64,000 nt of DNA from a virus. The notes beneath the pieces are model-generated. The model was given only the letters and a program-made list of their open reading frames with translations. It was not told where the DNA came from and searched no databases. A program made the position numbers and the translations under genes. Below, one piece after another: positions 41,617-51,315 of this stretch. The stretch covers positions 32,001-96,000 of IMG/VR virus record IMGVR_UViG_3300021197_001931; one strand, 5' to 3'. Position 1 is the stretch's first letter; the number at the start of each line of letters is the position of its first letter.

Positions 41617-42025
41617 TGTGAGCTTGCTCACAATAAAAACTCTCCTATTAAAAGCATGGGCATGGACCAAAACTCATTGGTATGTGCCTGTGCTTTTTAT
41701 TACCGCTGCCTTACTTACCATTTTTACCAAAGGTGACGCTGTTAATCCCATTTTGGATCTAATGGACAAGAACCGCAAGAACTATGAAAATAGAGTCAAA
41801 GTTCTAGAAGAAAGTCGTGAGAATGAAATAAGAAGGTCAGAAGAAGTCAGGATAAAATTTGATGAAACGATACGACAGATTGAGCGACAACATGATGAGT
41901 CTAGTAGTTCACTTGATAGAGAAAGGCGTAAAAGGGTTAAGGAGCTTGTGGAAAACTTTCATCAAGATCCTGGATCCCTCTCAGAAGCTTTAGAAAAGGA
42001 ATTCGGGTTTAAGAATGTTGAGTAG
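41606..42025 (+). CDS. membrane-anchored coiled-coil protein (i-spanin-like topology)
   Basis: N-terminal TM helix (WYVPVLFITAALLTIF) followed by a charged coiled coil. Confidence 0.5.
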   Translation: MRVSVSLLTIKTLLLKAWAWTKTHWYVPVLFITAALLTIFTKGDAVNPILDLMDKNRKNYENRVKVLEESRENEIRRSEEVRIKFDETIRQIERQHDESSSSLDRERRKRVKELVENFHQDPGSLSEALEKEFGFKNVE

Positions 42026-42467
42026 AATCCTAGTATTGATAGCAATTTTTAGTTTATTTCCAGTAGACCTGTTAGCACAAGAAGAGCCACAGTTTACTCA
42101 GCTAGAAGAAGGTGAACCAGCACCATTTGCTGGCACCTTATTCAACCCAACTGCAACTGCACAGTTGATTGCAGATCGTGAGTTTCGACTCACGGACTGT
42201 GACTTGCGTGTAAATTATGAGATTAATCTCTTAACGGCTCGCCGCGACTTGGAATACAATCTCTTACAAGTGCGGTATGATTCACTTGAAGAGCGTAGTA
42301 CAGCACTCTCTAGCCTAAAAGATCAAGAAATAATTGATCTTCGAGAGGCTGTTCGCAAGCACCCTAACCGTCATAGCCATTGGTTTTTTGCGGGAGGATT
42401 TGTTGCTGGCGCAGTTACCTCAATTGCAATCTTCTTTGCAGCAAGAGAAATTAATCAGGGGTCGTAG
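42015..42467 (+). CDS. exported coiled-coil protein with C-terminal TM helix (spanin-like candidate)
   Basis: Signal peptide ending LLA|Q, GEPAPFAGTL, coiled coil, C-terminal WFFAGGFVAGAVTSIAIFFA. Confidence 0.5.
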   Translation: MLSRILVLIAIFSLFPVDLLAQEEPQFTQLEEGEPAPFAGTLFNPTATAQLIADREFRLTDCDLRVNYEINLLTARRDLEYNLLQVRYDSLEERSTALSSLKDQEIIDLREAVRKHPNRHSHWFFAGGFVAGAVTSIAIFFAAREINQGS

Positions 42468-42859
42468 TGAGTAACAAAGACTGGAACAAAATAGCAAAAA
42501 TAGAACAGGCCATCAGTAAGAAATATGGCAACGATGCAATTCAAAATCCTAAAGACAATTGGACTGATGAAAAAGAAGAAGAATATCTTAAACAGATGCG
42601 CAAATTGTCAGAAAAGGAATATGGCTTAATTGAGAAAGATCAGAAAGTAGAGGTTAATGGTGTTTTAGTACCCAAGAAACTACTTAATAAAGAGTCTAAT
42701 CGCACCTGTGCTGTGTGTAACGTTTATTCATTCGATGTTCGTGATGATGTTTACATGAACAAACATGATTGTTGCTATAAGTGCTATATACAGTGGGTAG
42801 AGGACCGAGAAGAAAGATGGCAATCTGGATGGAGACCAAATAATGGCAACGACACTTGA
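42467..42859 (+). CDS. hypothetical zinc-finger protein
   Basis: GTG start overlapping the upstream TAG; CAVC...CCYKC near the C-terminus. Confidence 0.65.
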   Translation: MSNKDWNKIAKIEQAISKKYGNDAIQNPKDNWTDEKEEEYLKQMRKLSEKEYGLIEKDQKVEVNGVLVPKKLLNKESNRTCAVCNVYSFDVRDDVYMNKHDCCYKCYIQWVEDREERWQSGWRPNNGNDT

Positions 42860-43352
42860 GATTATCCGAGGAATTTCACAAGCAGCGGCAAACATAGGAT
42901 ACGACGGAGCCCACGAGGGCATTCATGGCGACGGTGAGCCCAGAAGCGCGGGACTGCGAAGAGAAGAGGGCCACATGATTAACGACCGTCGAGTGATTGA
43001 TGGGTTTGGCGTTAAGTTTATGGGTAACGTACTCTGTATCACTTATTCTAGTGAATTGCAGCTTAAAGAAGTGTACGCTAATGGTTTTGAGAGCGAAATA
43101 GAGCAAAGAATAGCTGAAGTAGCAAAGTTCTTAAAAAAGGAGTATAAGGCTGTTACCGGATCCACCCTATCCTTAACAAAGATGGGGGATGCTGATATGA
43201 TTGTTCAAAACAGATCAAAGGTTTGGACTTGGGTTCAAGCACAATGCATGTTTAAAATTGGAGGCATTCAAGAGGTTGTTGAAGTTACCGAAGAAGAGAA
43301 AGACTTAAGAGATCGATTTAAAGATTTCCTCAGCTTGGGAAACAGCAATTAA
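42843..43352 (+). CDS. hypothetical protein upstream of terminase
   Basis: SD GGAG upstream; fits the gene packing. Confidence 0.65.
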   Translation: MATTLEIIRGISQAAANIGYDGAHEGIHGDGEPRSAGLRREEGHMINDRRVIDGFGVKFMGNVLCITYSSELQLKEVYANGFESEIEQRIAEVAKFLKKEYKAVTGSTLSLTKMGDADMIVQNRSKVWTWVQAQCMFKIGGIQEVVEVTEEEKDLRDRFKDFLSLGNSN

Positions 43353-43361
43353 AAATGAAGA

Positions 43362-44960
43362 ATGGCTTATCAACTTACCAAGAAAGAAATTTATAGAGAA
43401 GTTTTAAAGTGTGGTAAGGACCCTGTTTACTTTATAAACAATTATGCAAGAATATCCCATCCGCAAAGAGGACTAATTCCATTTAAAACTTATGACTTTC
43501 AGTCGGACCTTCTAAGCGATTTTAACAACTACCGTTTTAATATTATTTTAAAAGCCAGGCAATTAGGTATCTCAACTATTACAGCGGGATACATTGTCTG
43601 GCTTATGCTTTTTCATCGTGATAAAAATGTGTTAGTCATCGCAACCAAGTTTGGAACAGCTTCGAATCTTGTTAAGAAAGTAAAAAACATTTTAAAGAAT
43701 GTACCAGACTTTCTACAAATTTCAGATATTACTATTGATAATCGATCTTCTTTTGAACTTTCAAATGGATCTCAAATAAAAGCCTCATCAACCTCTGGTG
43801 ATGCAGGTCGTTCAGAAGCATTGTCTTTACTAGTGATTGATGAGGCCGCGCACGTAGAGGGCCTCAAAGAATTATGGACTGGCTTGTATCCAACTCTTTC
43901 AACTGGTGGAAGATGTATAGCCCTGTCTACACCCAATGGCGTGGGTAATTGGTTCCACAAAGCATACACGGAAGCGGAACAGGGCATAAATGATTTTTAT
44001 CCAACAAATCTGCCTTGGCAAGTGCACCCCGATAGGGACCAGGGGTGGTTTGAAAAAGAGACAAGAAACATGTCTCGTCGACAAATTGCCCAAGAATTGG
44101 AATGCAACTTCAATACGTCAGGTGAGACAGTGGTTCATCCTGATGATATAAAAAGAATCTTTGATTCTGTAAGGGATCCAAAACATAGGACTGGCTTTGA
44201 CAGAAACTATTGGATTTGGGAAGAACACAAGGAAGACTGCACCTATATGCTTGTTGCAGACGTTGCTCGCGGCGATGGAAAGGATTATTCTGTGTTTCAT
44301 GTTATAAAACTTGAAACTATGGAAGTTATCGCAGAGTACCAAGGAAAGCCAGCACCAGATGTTTATGCTAGTATGTTATATTCGTCAGGGAAAGAATATG
44401 GTAATTGCTTGTTAGTGGTTGAAAATAACTCTGTTGGATTTGCAGTTTTGGATAAATTAAGAGACTTGGAATATCCAAATATTTATTACTCTATCAAATC
44501 AACACATGAATATATAAACCAGCTTGAGGCAGAATCTATGTCTAATTCTGTGGCTGGGTTCACAACATCCCAGAAGACTCGTCCATTAATCGTGGCAAAA
44601 TTGGAAGAATTCATTAGAAATAAACTAATTACTCTATATTCTTTGCGGACGGCTAATGAGTTTAAGACATTTGTCTGGAATAACGGACGCCCACAAGCTA
44701 TGAGGAGTTATAACGACGATTTAATAATGGCTTTGGCGATCGCGTGTTGGGTTCGAGACACAGCCCTTGAGACAAGCCAGAGAGATATAGAATATCAAAA
44801 AGCGTTTTTAGGATCTATGATAATGTCCAATACTAAAATAAATACTACAATCCCTGGTATGCATGGCTATAATCCTAAATATGATTTTGAAAATGATTTA
44901 AAAAAGAAAGATAATATACAACAAGTTGATAAAGAATTTGTTTGGCTATTCAAAGGATAA
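43362..44960 (+). CDS. terL: terminase large subunit (T4 gp17-like)
   Basis: KARQLGIST, LLVIDEAAH, LSTPNG; nuclease motifs ADVARGDGKDYS and DDLIMA. Confidence 0.95.
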   Translation: MAYQLTKKEIYREVLKCGKDPVYFINNYARISHPQRGLIPFKTYDFQSDLLSDFNNYRFNIILKARQLGISTITAGYIVWLMLFHRDKNVLVIATKFGTASNLVKKVKNILKNVPDFLQISDITIDNRSSFELSNGSQIKASSTSGDAGRSEALSLLVIDEAAHVEGLKELWTGLYPTLSTGGRCIALSTPNGVGNWFHKAYTEAEQGINDFYPTNLPWQVHPDRDQGWFEKETRNMSRRQIAQELECNFNTSGETVVHPDDIKRIFDSVRDPKHRTGFDRNYWIWEEHKEDCTYMLVADVARGDGKDYSVFHVIKLETMEVIAEYQGKPAPDVYASMLYSSGKEYGNCLLVVENNSVGFAVLDKLRDLEYPNIYYSIKSTHEYINQLEAESMSNSVAGFTTSQKTRPLIVAKLEEFIRNKLITLYSLRTANEFKTFVWNNGRPQAMRSYNDDLIMALAIACWVRDTALETSQRDIEYQKAFLGSMIMSNTKINTTIPGMHGYNPKYDFENDLKKKDNIQQVDKEFVWLFKG

Positions 44961-44965
44961 AATAA

Positions 44966-46948
44966 ATGGCAGATTATAAAGACAATCCAAAAAATCCACA
45001 AAATAGACTGTTTAAGCAATTAACCAGAGTGTTTTCTGGGCCAATGATAAGGTACAGAAGTCAAACTGGGAGACGTATAAAGCGAAGAGATATGGACAAA
45101 TATGCCAATAGCTTTAAGTCTGCTAGCGGCCAACAATTTAAAAAGTCAGAATATCATTCCTATGAAAAACTTCAAGCACACGCCTATACTAACCAAAACC
45201 GATCGGAAAGATATTCCGACTTCGATCAGATGGAATATATGCCAGAGATAGCATCAGCCCTAGACATTTACGCAGATGAAATGTCAACGTCGTCAGAATT
45301 AACCCCACTATTAAATATACGGTGCCACAATGATGAAATAAAGGCTGTTTTAGAAACTTTATATCATAATGTTCTAAACATAGATTTCAATTTATTTGGA
45401 TGGTGTAGATCAATGTGCAAGTTTGGAGATTATTTTTTATATCTCGACATTGATGAAGATCAGGGAATTAGATCTGCGATTGGATTACCGGCAGAAGAGA
45501 TAGAAAGGCTAGAAGGAGAAGACAAAACAAATCCAAACTATGTTCAATATCAATGGAATTCAGCGGGAATGACTTTTGAAAACTGGCAGGTGGGACACTT
45601 TAGAATCTTAGGAAATGATAAGTATGCCCCATATGGAACTTCGGTTCTTGAGCCTGCTAGGCGTATATGGAGACAACTAACACTACTTGAGGATGCTATG
45701 ATGGCATATAGAATCGTTCGATCACCAGAAAGGCGCGTATTCTATATTGATGTTGGAAATATAAATGCAACGGACGTTGAGCAATACATGCAAAAAGTCA
45801 TGACTCAAATGAAGAGAAACCAGCTTGTTGATAGTGACACTGGACGAGTTGATTTACGTTACAATCCAATGTCAGTAGAGGAAGACTATTTCATCCCAGT
45901 CCGTGGCGGAACATCATCTAAAATTGAAACACTGCCTGGTGGAGCTGCGTCGAGCGATATAGACGATGTTAAATATCTACGTGACAAACTGTTTGCCGCC
46001 CTTAAGGTCCCACAGTCATATCTAACACAAGGCGAGGAAGGGAGTGAGGATAAGACAACACTGGCGCAAAAGGATATTAGGTTTGCCAGAACAATTCAAA
46101 GGCTGCAACGATCAATCGTTTCGGAACTAGAAAAGATCGGGATTATCCATCTATACACTCTTGGGTTTAGAGGTGATGATATTATCTCCTTTGACCTGTC
46201 CCTAAACAACCCTTCAAAGCTTGCGGAACTTCAAGAGCTGGAATATTGGAAAACTAAATTTGATGTGGCTGGAGCGGCTACAGAAGGATTCTTTAGTCGT
46301 CGTTGGATTGCAGAACACCTATTCCACCTCTCGGAAGATGAATTCTTGCGAAACACCAGAGAGCTTGTATACGATAAGAAATATGACGCCCTACTTCAAG
46401 CACAATTTGAAGCAGCCACTTCTGAGGCAGCAGGAATGGACACGGGAGCAGGAGCTGATAACCTAGGCGACGACATGGCTGAGCCGCCCGCCGACGAGAC
46501 CCCTGATTTAGACGCTGCGCTTGGCGGTGAAGAGCCTGCTGCTGGCACAAGTATAGAGGATATTGTTAATAGGCCTCTAGTTGGCCCAGGAGGCGATGCT
46601 CCTGGCAAGAGGGACGTCTCCAAGGCAATGAGGCAAGATGGTATGACAACTACTTCAAAGTCTAAAGGAAAATGGTATCTACCGGTGTCTAATGATGCAA
46701 GAAAAGACAGTGGCCCCAGGCTTCGTAGCTACAAAGCAAAGTGGGGAAATGAAAAGACTAAAGCAACAATGAGAAATATCGCTCCTGGCGCCCAAGAGTT
46801 GTTAGGACTAGGAAAAGGTATTTATGAGAATATAGAATCTACTTATGATATGGAAGAGAAAAAAATTATTGACTCTCATTTTGAAATTAGAAGACTAGTA
46901 GAAAACCTGGAGCAAAATAAAGATGTTAACGAAGACGAGACACAATAA
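44966..46948 (+). CDS. portal vertex protein (T4 gp20-like) with C-terminal extension
   Basis: EDAMMAYRIVRSPERRVFYIDVGN, EDYFIPVRGG, YLRDKLFAALKVP and DIRFARTIQRLQ. Confidence 0.95.
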   Translation: MADYKDNPKNPQNRLFKQLTRVFSGPMIRYRSQTGRRIKRRDMDKYANSFKSASGQQFKKSEYHSYEKLQAHAYTNQNRSERYSDFDQMEYMPEIASALDIYADEMSTSSELTPLLNIRCHNDEIKAVLETLYHNVLNIDFNLFGWCRSMCKFGDYFLYLDIDEDQGIRSAIGLPAEEIERLEGEDKTNPNYVQYQWNSAGMTFENWQVGHFRILGNDKYAPYGTSVLEPARRIWRQLTLLEDAMMAYRIVRSPERRVFYIDVGNINATDVEQYMQKVMTQMKRNQLVDSDTGRVDLRYNPMSVEEDYFIPVRGGTSSKIETLPGGAASSDIDDVKYLRDKLFAALKVPQSYLTQGEEGSEDKTTLAQKDIRFARTIQRLQRSIVSELEKIGIIHLYTLGFRGDDIISFDLSLNNPSKLAELQELEYWKTKFDVAGAATEGFFSRRWIAEHLFHLSEDEFLRNTRELVYDKKYDALLQAQFEAATSEAAGMDTGAGADNLGDDMAEPPADETPDLDAALGGEEPAAGTSIEDIVNRPLVGPGGDAPGKRDVSKAMRQDGMTTTSKSKGKWYLPVSNDARKDSGPRLRSYKAKWGNEKTKATMRNIAPGAQELLGLGKGIYENIESTYDMEEKKIIDSHFEIRRLVENLEQNKDVNEDETQ

Positions 46949-47759
46949 AAAAAGAAATACCGCTTTTCTTTATGAGGCCCTCGTTAGAGAGCTTACTAAG
47001 AGTATAGTGTCAAAGAATAATAATAAAAAAAATATCATAATCTCAATTATGAAAGAGCATTTTGCAAAAGAAACTGCCCTTAGAAAAGAGCTAGAGCTGT
47101 TTAAAGATCTTTATGAAAGTACATCTATTCACCCTTACATGTGTGAAAAGCTAATACAAGAGGTAAAAAGGTCTCATTCCAATCTTGACTCAAAGCAAAT
47201 ATTTGATGAACAAACTGCATTGATAAATAAAATAAACAAACTTTTGTCAAAAAATGTTTTTTCTAATTTTGTTCCAAACTATAAGAACTTAGCTACGATA
47301 GCACAGATACTAAATCCAGATGTTTCCGCAAAGAGCAGAGTAATTCTTGAAGGGAGTCTGGTAAGCTGCATGTCATTGGACTCAAAGCAAGGGGCTCGTG
47401 AAATGGTGCCAATTGATAACATCGTTTATTCAACATTTGTTAAAAAATTCAATGAGCAATACGGCAATGGTCTCTTGGAGGAGCAAAAAGAGCTATTAAG
47501 CAAATATATTGCATCATTTCATGATAATGCGATAGAACTAAAAATTTTCTTAAACGAAGAGATTTCAAATTTAAGGAAGGCTCTGATCGTAGCTAACGAA
47601 AAGGCCACAGAGGAAAACAACGCTGCATTGTGTAGCAAAATCACAGAGGTTATAAATGTTGTTGATGAATCTTCAAAGTCTGAGATAACCATAGAAACTA
47701 TAACTAAAATTTTAAAAATTCAAAGTCTTGTAAAGGAACTTGAGATTAATGGCAATTAG
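46923..47759 (+). CDS. head morphogenesis/prohead core-like protein
   Basis: Helical protein between portal and protease; HNKKRNTAFLYE N-terminus. Confidence 0.6.
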   Translation: MLTKTRHNKKRNTAFLYEALVRELTKSIVSKNNNKKNIIISIMKEHFAKETALRKELELFKDLYESTSIHPYMCEKLIQEVKRSHSNLDSKQIFDEQTALINKINKLLSKNVFSNFVPNYKNLATIAQILNPDVSAKSRVILEGSLVSCMSLDSKQGAREMVPIDNIVYSTFVKKFNEQYGNGLLEEQKELLSKYIASFHDNAIELKIFLNEEISNLRKALIVANEKATEENNAALCSKITEVINVVDESSKSEITIETITKILKIQSLVKELEINGN

Positions 47760-48318
47760 AGTCAAAATTGGAAAAGCTGAAGACGAGGGCACTACCGCTA
47801 GTCAGCTAGCAAAAACGCCAGATGTAAAGGTGCGCCTTGATATTAGAAAAACTTTGGACGGTAACCTGATAATATCAGACCACCCAGATATAACCATTGT
47901 TATAATTCCTACAAAAAGAAAAATATTGTCTTTGGCCAAACAATTAAATAGTGGAGTTGTGTATGGGGCACAAAATAGATTGTTCGATTTTTTAATTGAC
48001 AAGGGGGTAGTAAGCCCCACATCTGTGGAGGGTGGTTCCATATATGCTTCAATGGAGGCCACAATACCAGAGGCCCCCAATATACCAGCAGTAAAAGTTG
48101 CAATTATCAATGTTGCCAGATGGCTTGAAAGCGAAAAACCCTCTATTGATTTCTTAGATAATTACGAAGATGTTTTTGTACTAGACTTAACAGACCCAGA
48201 CGCCGTTCACTCAACGGAACTTGGGCAAGTCCCCCATGCGGCAGAAAAAGGATCTATAAAGCCGTCGCTAGCCAGAGGCCCCTATGGACTATCCATGTAT
48301 AACTACTATGGTTATTAG
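47749..48318 (+). CDS. hypothetical head-cluster protein
   Basis: ATG 47749 preferred over TTG 47740; HSTELGQVPH..EKGSI C-terminal motif. Confidence 0.6.
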   Translation: MAIRVKIGKAEDEGTTASQLAKTPDVKVRLDIRKTLDGNLIISDHPDITIVIIPTKRKILSLAKQLNSGVVYGAQNRLFDFLIDKGVVSPTSVEGGSIYASMEATIPEAPNIPAVKVAIINVARWLESEKPSIDFLDNYEDVFVLDLTDPDAVHSTELGQVPHAAEKGSIKPSLARGPYGLSMYNYYGY

Positions 48319-48326
48319 AGGGTAGA

Positions 48327-48650
48327 ATGAATCTAGTTTACTTTATTCTATGTGCTTTTGGGTTGACCAATATTTTAGTCTATGGATCTATCTTCAACAA
48401 AATAAGACCTAAGCATCATTTCTTTCATTGCCCTATGTGTGTTGGCTTCTGGGTTGGTGTTTTTTTGTTGGTGACTAACCGTTTAACAGAACTATTTACG
48501 TTTGAGCATAGTTTATACAATGCTTTTGTATTGGGGTGTTTAAGCTCTGGTACATCATATATACTTGCCATGCTAGTTGGCGACAAAGGAGTAAGAAGTG
48601 AGATTCACAAACCTGAAGTGGGGACTACAACCAGTCCGTCGCTGTTGTAA
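48327..48650 (+). CDS. small membrane protein with CxxC (DUF1360-like)
   Basis: SD GAGGG; three hydrophobic segments; FHCPMCVGFW motif. Confidence 0.6.
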   Translation: MNLVYFILCAFGLTNILVYGSIFNKIRPKHHFFHCPMCVGFWVGVFLLVTNRLTELFTFEHSLYNAFVLGCLSSGTSYILAMLVGDKGVRSEIHKPEVGTTTSPSLL

Positions 48651-48687
48651 AGGATCGAAACTCATGCGGGTGGCGCCCGCAATATAG
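48598..48687 (+). CDS. unannotated 29-aa peptide MRFTNLKWGLQPVRRCCKGSKLMRVAPAI
   Basis: AAGGAG SD at 48586-91, GTG start 6 nt later, TAG at 48685-87; fills the gap before the protease gene. Confidence 0.5.
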   Translation: MRFTNLKWGLQPVRRCCKGSKLMRVAPAI

Positions 48688-48696
48688 GTATTAAAA

Positions 48697-49296
48697 ATGG
48701 CTAAACAATTATTAAGAGAATATTACGAACTTTGTGATGGTGGAATTTGTCAGGACCTCTTAACAGAGTCCGAAAAAGCTATGGTACGCGAAGGCCACAT
48801 GATCCTTACAGGCGTTTGCCAAAGGGCTATGGTTGAAAATGGAAATCGTCGAATCTATAGTGAACGAATTCTTGCAAGAGAAGTTGAAAAGTATCAATCA
48901 CTAATTGAACAAAAGAGATCTCTTGGAGAGCTTGACCACCCTGATAGCTCAGTTGTTAGTCTTGAGAAGGTGTCTCACATGATTATATCCCTCTGGATGG
49001 AGGGCAATGATGTGTATGCAAAACTATTGGTGCTACCAACACCAGCGGGCAATATTTTAAAGGCCCTTGTTAATAGTGGATGTTCAATTGGCATTTCATC
49101 TCGTGGAATGGGCTCTGTTAGAGAGCAGGGTGGGCAGACAATTGTTGAAGATGACTTTCAACTAATTTGCTTTGATATGGTTTCCGAGGCGTCCACCCCT
49201 GGTGCTTACATGGAGCAAAAGCATGAGGGAATGTCCTCTTTGAGAGAGGGCGGCAATAAACTAAATCAACTCTTTAACGATATTTTAAGGGATTAA
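48697..49296 (+). CDS. prohead core protein protease (T4 gp21-like)
   Basis: NGNRRIY, LGELDHP, GISSRGMGSV and FDMVSEASTPGA. Confidence 0.93.
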   Translation: MAKQLLREYYELCDGGICQDLLTESEKAMVREGHMILTGVCQRAMVENGNRRIYSERILAREVEKYQSLIEQKRSLGELDHPDSSVVSLEKVSHMIISLWMEGNDVYAKLLVLPTPAGNILKALVNSGCSIGISSRGMGSVREQGGQTIVEDDFQLICFDMVSEASTPGAYMEQKHEGMSSLREGGNKLNQLFNDILRD

Positions 49297-49297
49297 A

Positions 49298-51307
49298 ATG
49301 AATACAAAAACAGAGAGTATTTCTACAATTCTTGAGGGTTTTGAAAAAGACATCGAACGAAGTCGTGCAAGAACCAAGAAATTTTTATCTCAACTTGAGC
49401 CAGTGCTTTTTGGACCTGAAGGGGAGTTTGCAAAAATTGATCGGAGAAAAGCTTTGGCAAAAAAAGCCAAAGAGGCCGAGACCCAAGACAAGCAGCCACA
49501 GGGCCAACCTGCAACAAAAGAAGAGCCCCCGCAAGGCGCTGCTATATTCTTACAACGAGGCGATAGAAAAAATTTAACTGATGCTTTTAAAGGTGTGAAA
49601 GTTGATGGCTCTTTAAAAAGAATTGTCATAAACAGTGTCATGGATCAACTAAAGGCCATGGATGTTGCAATCCTTGAAGCTACCCACAGCAGCATTACTA
49701 TACAAACAAAAGCAATCGTTGACGACCTTAAAAAGGCCGGTGCCAACTCTCAGCAGATTAAAGCTCTGCTTGGGGCACTCGGCCAATGGGCGAATACCCA
49801 AGATTTTCCAAAAATAAAAATAGCAAAAACAAAGATTCCGACTCGTAGGGCAAAAGCTAAGAAGGCCGCAGTTGAGCCAGAACCAGCTCCCGCCGCAGCA
49901 GAAAAGGAAGAGTCTTTAGACAAGGATGCAATTCTTGATGCTATAAAAGATAAGATGAATCGCCCATTCTCTGTGAAGTTGGGACCTCGCCGGTACCGAC
50001 CAACTACAATGAAATCAGTTCCAGAGAAGCTACACGATGTTATTCTTAAATCTGTTGAAAAGAAGTTAGATGCTGGTGAAAAGAAAATATCAATGAGCGA
50101 TATTTTTACAGGGTTAGAAACAGTAAAGCTTACCGATGATGAGACAAAGATAGCCGGCACCGTGGGTAAAGAGGGGCTAGAGAAAGCCGGTGATACGCAA
50201 TTAAAAAGACTCTCAAAGGCCCTAAAGGAGGCCGGTATTAGTATTGTGAATGATGGACAAGACATTGATCCAAAGAGTCTTTCTGTTATTCAAGCATTGT
50301 CTGCTGGCCGAGACGTCCGCGCAGAACTAGAAGTAGGTATAACAAACAGAACTATTGCTCGTCAGTCAGTTCAGGCCAAAGGTGAGGAAATTAAAGTTGC
50401 AGGGGCTACACCTTCAACATCGACAAAGAAAAAACCGCGCGCTAGAGATCTAATAGCTAAAATTGAGAAAGCAAAAACCCTAGAAGATCTTGGAGCCTTG
50501 GTGCCAGACGATGAAAAACGAATAACTGTCTTGAGGGCCCGTGATGATAGGCGTGGCGAGATTAAGAAGGCCCAAGGTGAGGAAATTAAAGTTGCAGGGG
50601 CCATCCTAACAGTCAAGAAAGGCAAGCCTGATGAAGTTAGAGTCGCAAAACCAGAGGACAAAAAAGAGTTTGAAGAAGCCGCTGAGGAAGCAGCTGAGGA
50701 GGTTGTCCCCTCCAAAGAGACAGAAGATAAAATTGAAAAAACATCCACTCCTGTCGAAGACCTTGCACCCAAAGAAAAAGAGCAAGCTAAAAAAAGCATA
50801 AAGCCAGAAGACGTTACGGTGCTTATAGATTCTAAAACAATTGATGATGTTGTGAAAGCAGTTATGGACGCTTATAAGGAACAAGAGGGTATTAAGGGGC
50901 AACAGTACAAGATAACCGAAAAGGACGCCAAGGAATCAGTTACAAAGGTACTTCGATCCCTCTTGGACCCAGAAAATACAAAGATATTGAAAGCCCTGGT
51001 GGATGGGGAATTTAAACAATATGGGCCAATTCCGACCAAAAAGCTTGTAGGCATAGTAAACAACTCACTAAATATATCTCTTGACGGAGAAGAGGAAGAA
51101 GTAGAAGACGAGGAAGAAATAAAAGTTCCCGACTTTATGTCAAGGCTTGACGCCATACTTGCTGGTGGTTCCTCTAAAGATACCGATAATGTCAAAGAGA
51201 TACCAGCGTTAGAGCCAGCCCTTCAAGAAACAAAGACAGTTCAAGACTATATAAATGAAAGTCACGAAGATAAATTTAACAAACTACTGAAAGCATTTAC
51301 AAAATAG
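49298..51307 (+). CDS. Lys/Glu/Ala-rich probable internal head protein
   Basis: Charged low-complexity composition; gp21-type I/L-x-E sites near both termini (ILEG, LQET, INES). Confidence 0.5.
   Translation: MNTKTESISTILEGFEKDIERSRARTKKFLSQLEPVLFGPEGEFAKIDRRKALAKKAKEAETQDKQPQGQPATKEEPPQGAAIFLQRGDRKNLTDAFKGVKVDGSLKRIVINSVMDQLKAMDVAILEATHSSITIQTKAIVDDLKKAGANSQQIKALLGALGQWANTQDFPKIKIAKTKIPTRRAKAKKAAVEPEPAPAAAEKEESLDKDAILDAIKDKMNRPFSVKLGPRRYRPTTMKSVPEKLHDVILKSVEKKLDAGEKKISMSDIFTGLETVKLTDDETKIAGTVGKEGLEKAGDTQLKRLSKALKEAGISIVNDGQDIDPKSLSVIQALSAGRDVRAELEVGITNRTIARQSVQAKGEEIKVAGATPSTSTKKKPRARDLIAKIEKAKTLEDLGALVPDDEKRITVLRARDDRRGEIKKAQGEEIKVAGAILTVKKGKPDEVRVAKPEDKKEFEEAAEEAAEEVVPSKETEDKIEKTSTPVEDLAPKEKEQAKKSIKPEDVTVLIDSKTIDDVVKAVMDAYKEQEGIKGQQYKITEKDAKESVTKVLRSLLDPENTKILKALVDGEFKQYGPIPTKKLVGIVNNSLNISLDGEEEEVEDEEEIKVPDFMSRLDAILAGGSSKDTDNVKEIPALEPALQETKTVQDYINESHEDKFNKLLKAFTK
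50379..50601 (+). repeat. 28-bp exact direct repeat, 195 bp apart (GEEIKVAGA x2)
   Basis: aaggtgaggaaattaaagttgcaggggc at 50379-50406 and 50574-50601. Confidence 0.9.
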
Positions 51308-51315
51308 GATCTTAA

